The notes under the pieces were generated by a model. The model saw only the letters and a list, made by a program, of their open reading frames with translations, was not told the DNA's origin and ran no database searches. From Heteronotia binoei (lineage: Eukaryota): a stretch of 64,000 bases of DNA. The position numbers and the translations under genes were made by a program. Where the stretch lies: contig NC_083237.1 in assembly GCF_032191835.1 (NCBI RefSeq), forward strand, positions 16,182,001-16,246,000. Reading direction: 5' to 3'. Shown in pieces: positions 60,746 through 64,000 of the stretch (its first letter is position 1; the number at the start of each line of letters is the position of its first letter).

Positions 60746-62466
60746 ATGGTGCTATTTATCACTTCCATGTTAGCGCTGCTGGTGCAGGTGGTGTGCAAAT
60801 CTCTGACTGTTCAATGCCCCAGCAGTTATCCGCTTCCTATTATACACAAATATTACCAGTCAGGAGACCTTCTCATTGCTGGGATTGTTTCTCATGCATT
60901 TAAGTTTTCCAATACTGTCAATTTTGAAGTGTGTCCCTCTCTCAATTCCTCTGATTCACTCTTGTAAGATTTTTTTCTCATCGTATTGTTATATTATGTT
61001 ATGTATTATGCTAAATGTGTGCAACAATATTCATGTTCTCCCTCCCAATGAGTCTTCATCTTAAATTACATGGGTTAGAAAACAAATGGTATCTCCTGAG
61101 TTTTGATGTTCACGTAGAAAACAACAACAAACTTGTAGCTTTGGAGGTTGAATCATAAAATTTGCTGTTGCGTTTGCTGTTTTCCCTGATTCAAGGATCC
61201 ATCCCCCCTTTCACTGGATGAGGTTCCATTGTTAGTTTAATGGAACTGGAGTTGGGTAGGGCTCAGTGGGAGGGCATTTGCAGAAGAAGTTCGGCCTTGG
61301 CATTTCCAGTTGACGAATCTGGCACTAGGAGATGTAAAATACCTCTGCTGGAGACCCTAAAGAGCTGGCGCCAATTTGAGGAGACAATACTAATTTTGAT
61401 GGACTAAGGGTTTGATTCAGCATACAAAACTTCATGTGTACCTGTTTCTCAAATGTAAGCACCCTAAATTCTATAGAACCAGCTTCTCAAAATTTGACAC
61501 CTCCCATGAACATCTCTATAGTATATTGAGCACAGGAAAGATTATACCCCACCACAGACACCTAAATGAGACTGCAATAAACACTGGAAACTGTTATTGC
61601 CATTGGGTATGTGTACCAACAAATAGGTTTCAAAGTCATTCCACTGTTAAAGTAGGATTTGAGAAGTCAGGCTGTGGGAGTCCTCATAGTTGCCAGGTCT
61701 CAGGGCTACATAATTTGTTTTCCTTGAGTTTATTTAGTAAAGTGTGCGGACTCTTATCTGGGAGAACCGGGTTTGATTCCCCACTCCTCCACTTGCACCT
61801 GCTTGCATGGCCTTGGGTCAGCCATAGCTCTGGCAGAGGTTGTCCTTGAAAGGGCAGTTGCTGTGAGAGCCCTCTCCAGCCCCACCCACCTCACAGGGTG
61901 TCTGTTGTGGGGGAGGAAGAGAAAGGAGATTGTGAGCCGCTCTGAGACTCTTCGGAGTGGAGGGCGGGATATAAATCCAATATCTTCATCTACCTCACAG
62001 GGTGTCTGTTGTGGGGGAGGAAGGTAAAGGAGATTGTGAGCTGCTCTGAGACTCTTTGGAGTGGAGGGCGGGATATAAATCCAATATCTTCTAAAGTGAT
62101 GTTGCACTGGAATGCATGAAATGTTATCCTCTGAAGTGAACTTGCTGTGATGCTTCTTCTCGCTCTCTTTGCAGAATATTGACTCAGCTTTACCAGAACA
62201 TCCTGGCTTTGGTGTTTGCTGTAAAGGAGGTCAATGAAAACCCTCAGCTCTTACCCAACATCACTCTGGGTATCCACACCTATAATAACTATTTTAGCCC
62301 AAGCTTGACCTATCACGCTGCAATGGAACTTCTCTCCACGAAGGGGAGGTTCATTCCTAACTACAAGTGTGACCACCAGAACAACTTAGTGGCAGTTTTG
62401 GGGGGACCAAACTCTGATTTCTTTTTCTACATGGCAGAAATTCTGGGCATCTTCAAGATTCCACAG
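60746..62466 (+). CDS. V2R gene, exons 1-2 (60746-60963, 62175-62466), continuing beyond the window
   Basis: MVLFITSMLALLVQVVC...[16 protein letters not shown]; tt|gtaag and cag|a give an in-frame Leu. Exon 2 is 292 nt and open. Confidence 0.88.
61745..62091 (+). mobile_element. tRNA-derived SINE (family of 11441-11715), 5'-clipped, with a tandemly duplicated ~100-nt tail
   Basis: TSD TAAAGTG (61738-61744 / 62092-62098). The tail cctcacagggtgtc...ccaatatcttc occurs twice. Confidence 0.88.
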
Positions 62467-63139
62467 GTAAAATGGCCTCATGGTTCATTGAATGATAAGA
62501 AGCCTTTAACATTTCCTTCACTTTTAGAAGTGGTTTCAGAGTATGAAGGCAGAAATTGACCTGTTTGGAATACCAAAGGCTCATCTTGCATGCTGGCCAA
62601 GGAGCATATCAGAGATAAATTATTTAGAATCGGGAGACAGAATAATTCATGGGTATTTGTTTAGCTGTGCAGACACTAATCAATATGATACTGGAAAACA
62701 TTTCCACCATCTCTTAGAGCATGTTATTGTGAAAGGTGGCTAAAACCTATTCTTCAGCAACATGACTTGAAGTGTTTTCTGGCATTTGGAGTGCAGCATC
62801 ATGTTTCCCTGTTTTAGTAGTATATCACAAAGGATAGCCTAGGCTTCTGTATGTCATGTAGTACATTCTTTGTTCAGAAATGTTTTCACATGGCATAATA
62901 TTCTGAAATGCCACCATCTCCATGTTACTGCCATCCCTCTTCTTATTGATGTTGAAGGTGATCCAATGCAAGCAAAGCATGAACATTTGCTGAACCAATA
63001 ACCTTTCTTTACAAATTCATATTGCTTTTAATGACTTTGCATGTTTTCACAGATGTGTGCACTCAAATCACAGCTGATTCATGGTGGTTACAGGACTATG
63101 GGCTTTGCAGGGCAAGAGATTGGCAGAGGTAGTTTGCCA

Positions 63140-63985
63140 TTAGAACATAACAGAAGGAATGTTGTATCAGGCCAACACTCTGTGTCACACAGTGGCCAAA
63201 AAACCCAAGGGCCATCGGGAGGTCCACCAGTGGGACCAGGACACTAGAAGCCCTCCCACTGTGCCCTCCAAGCACCAAGAATACAGAGCATCACTTGCCC
63301 CAGAAAGAGAGTGCCAACAATACGTTTATGCTCCATATGTTGATCCAATCCCCTCTGCTCCATGTGTTGATCCAATCCCCTCTTGAAGATGTCTATGCTT
63401 GTAGCCACCACCACCTCCTGTGGCAGTGAATTCCATGTGTTAATCACCCCTTGGGTGAAGAAGTACTTCCTTTTATCCATTCTAACCTGGCTGCTCAGCA
63501 ATTTCATTGAGTGCCCACAAGTTCTTATATTGTGAGGAAGGGAGAAAAGTACTTCTTTCTCTACCTTCTCTATCCCATGCATAATCTTGTAAACCTCTAT
63601 CATGTCACCTCTCAGTCAATGTTTCTCCAAGCTAAAGAGCCCCAAGTTGACACCCACTCATCCAGCCTCGACGGATCCCTTTGGAGTGCCTCACAATCCT
63701 CCCTGGTTCTCACCACCCTGAACATTTAGTGTCATCCACAAACGTAGCCACTTCACTGCTTACTCCCAACTCCAAATCATTAATGAAGACGTTAAAGAGC
63801 ATGAGACCCAGTACTGAGCCCTGTGGCGCCTCACTGCTTACTATCCTCCACTGAGAAAATTGCCCATTTATACTCACTCTCTGTTTTCTATTAATTAGCC
63901 AGTTTTTGATCCACAAGAGGACGTCCTTTTACTCCATGACTCTCAAGCTTATTAAGGAGCCTTTGATGAAGAACTTTATCAAAAG
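63140..63985 (-). mobile_element. Degraded CR1 3' portion with internal deletions
   Basis: Tail agaacataa, then MIEVYKIMHG, FFTQGVINTWNSLP, VSSEAPQGSVLG, VATFVDDTK. Confidence 0.9.
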
Positions 63986-64000
63986 TTGTCTCCCTTTGTT

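Larger units (their letters stand above)
42589..60852 (+). repeat. Segmental duplication copy B
   Basis: Same order of ORFs, exons, SINEs and MITEs as copy A. Continues into an intact exon 1 at 60746. Confidence 0.93.

Noticed and set aside
18117-60852. Copies A and B as uncollapsed haplotypes
   Set aside because: Disfavoured, not excluded. Multiple independent TE insertions in each copy, a distinct junction sequence and percent-level divergence fit a true duplication; read depth is needed to settle it.

Overview
Vertebrate genomic DNA, almost certainly squamate and probably gecko-like given the SINE, CR1, L2 and BovB content. The window is part of a vomeronasal type-2 receptor (V2R, class C GPCR) gene cluster. 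It holds two apparently intact six-exon V2R genes on the + strand (21617-30191 and 47515-55097, each 878 aa, 21 aa differences by my manual comparison). These sit in the two copies of a recent tandem segmental duplication (about 18117-41664 and 42589-60852). Also present are the first two exons of a further + strand V2R (60746-62466, continuing past the window) and a minus-strand V2R with all six exons but a nonsense codon in exon 2 and an ATG>ATA change at the family start. Several V2R relics remain as orphan exon-6 fragments, an exon 5-6 relic and a truncated exon 1. The rest is dense in transposable elements: a near full-length CR1, CR1/L2/BovB fragments, tRNA- and 5S-derived SINEs, hAT and Harbinger-like palindromic MITEs, a Penelope-like remnant with a decayed hammerhead, and Ngaro/DIRS-like remnants. 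There are four assembly gaps. I found no convincing new biological system. The most interesting signals concern receptor birth-and-death, paralog divergence and TE presence/absence between the duplicate copies. All exon boundaries and comparisons were done by eye; TE family names are from recalled consensus features, not database searches.
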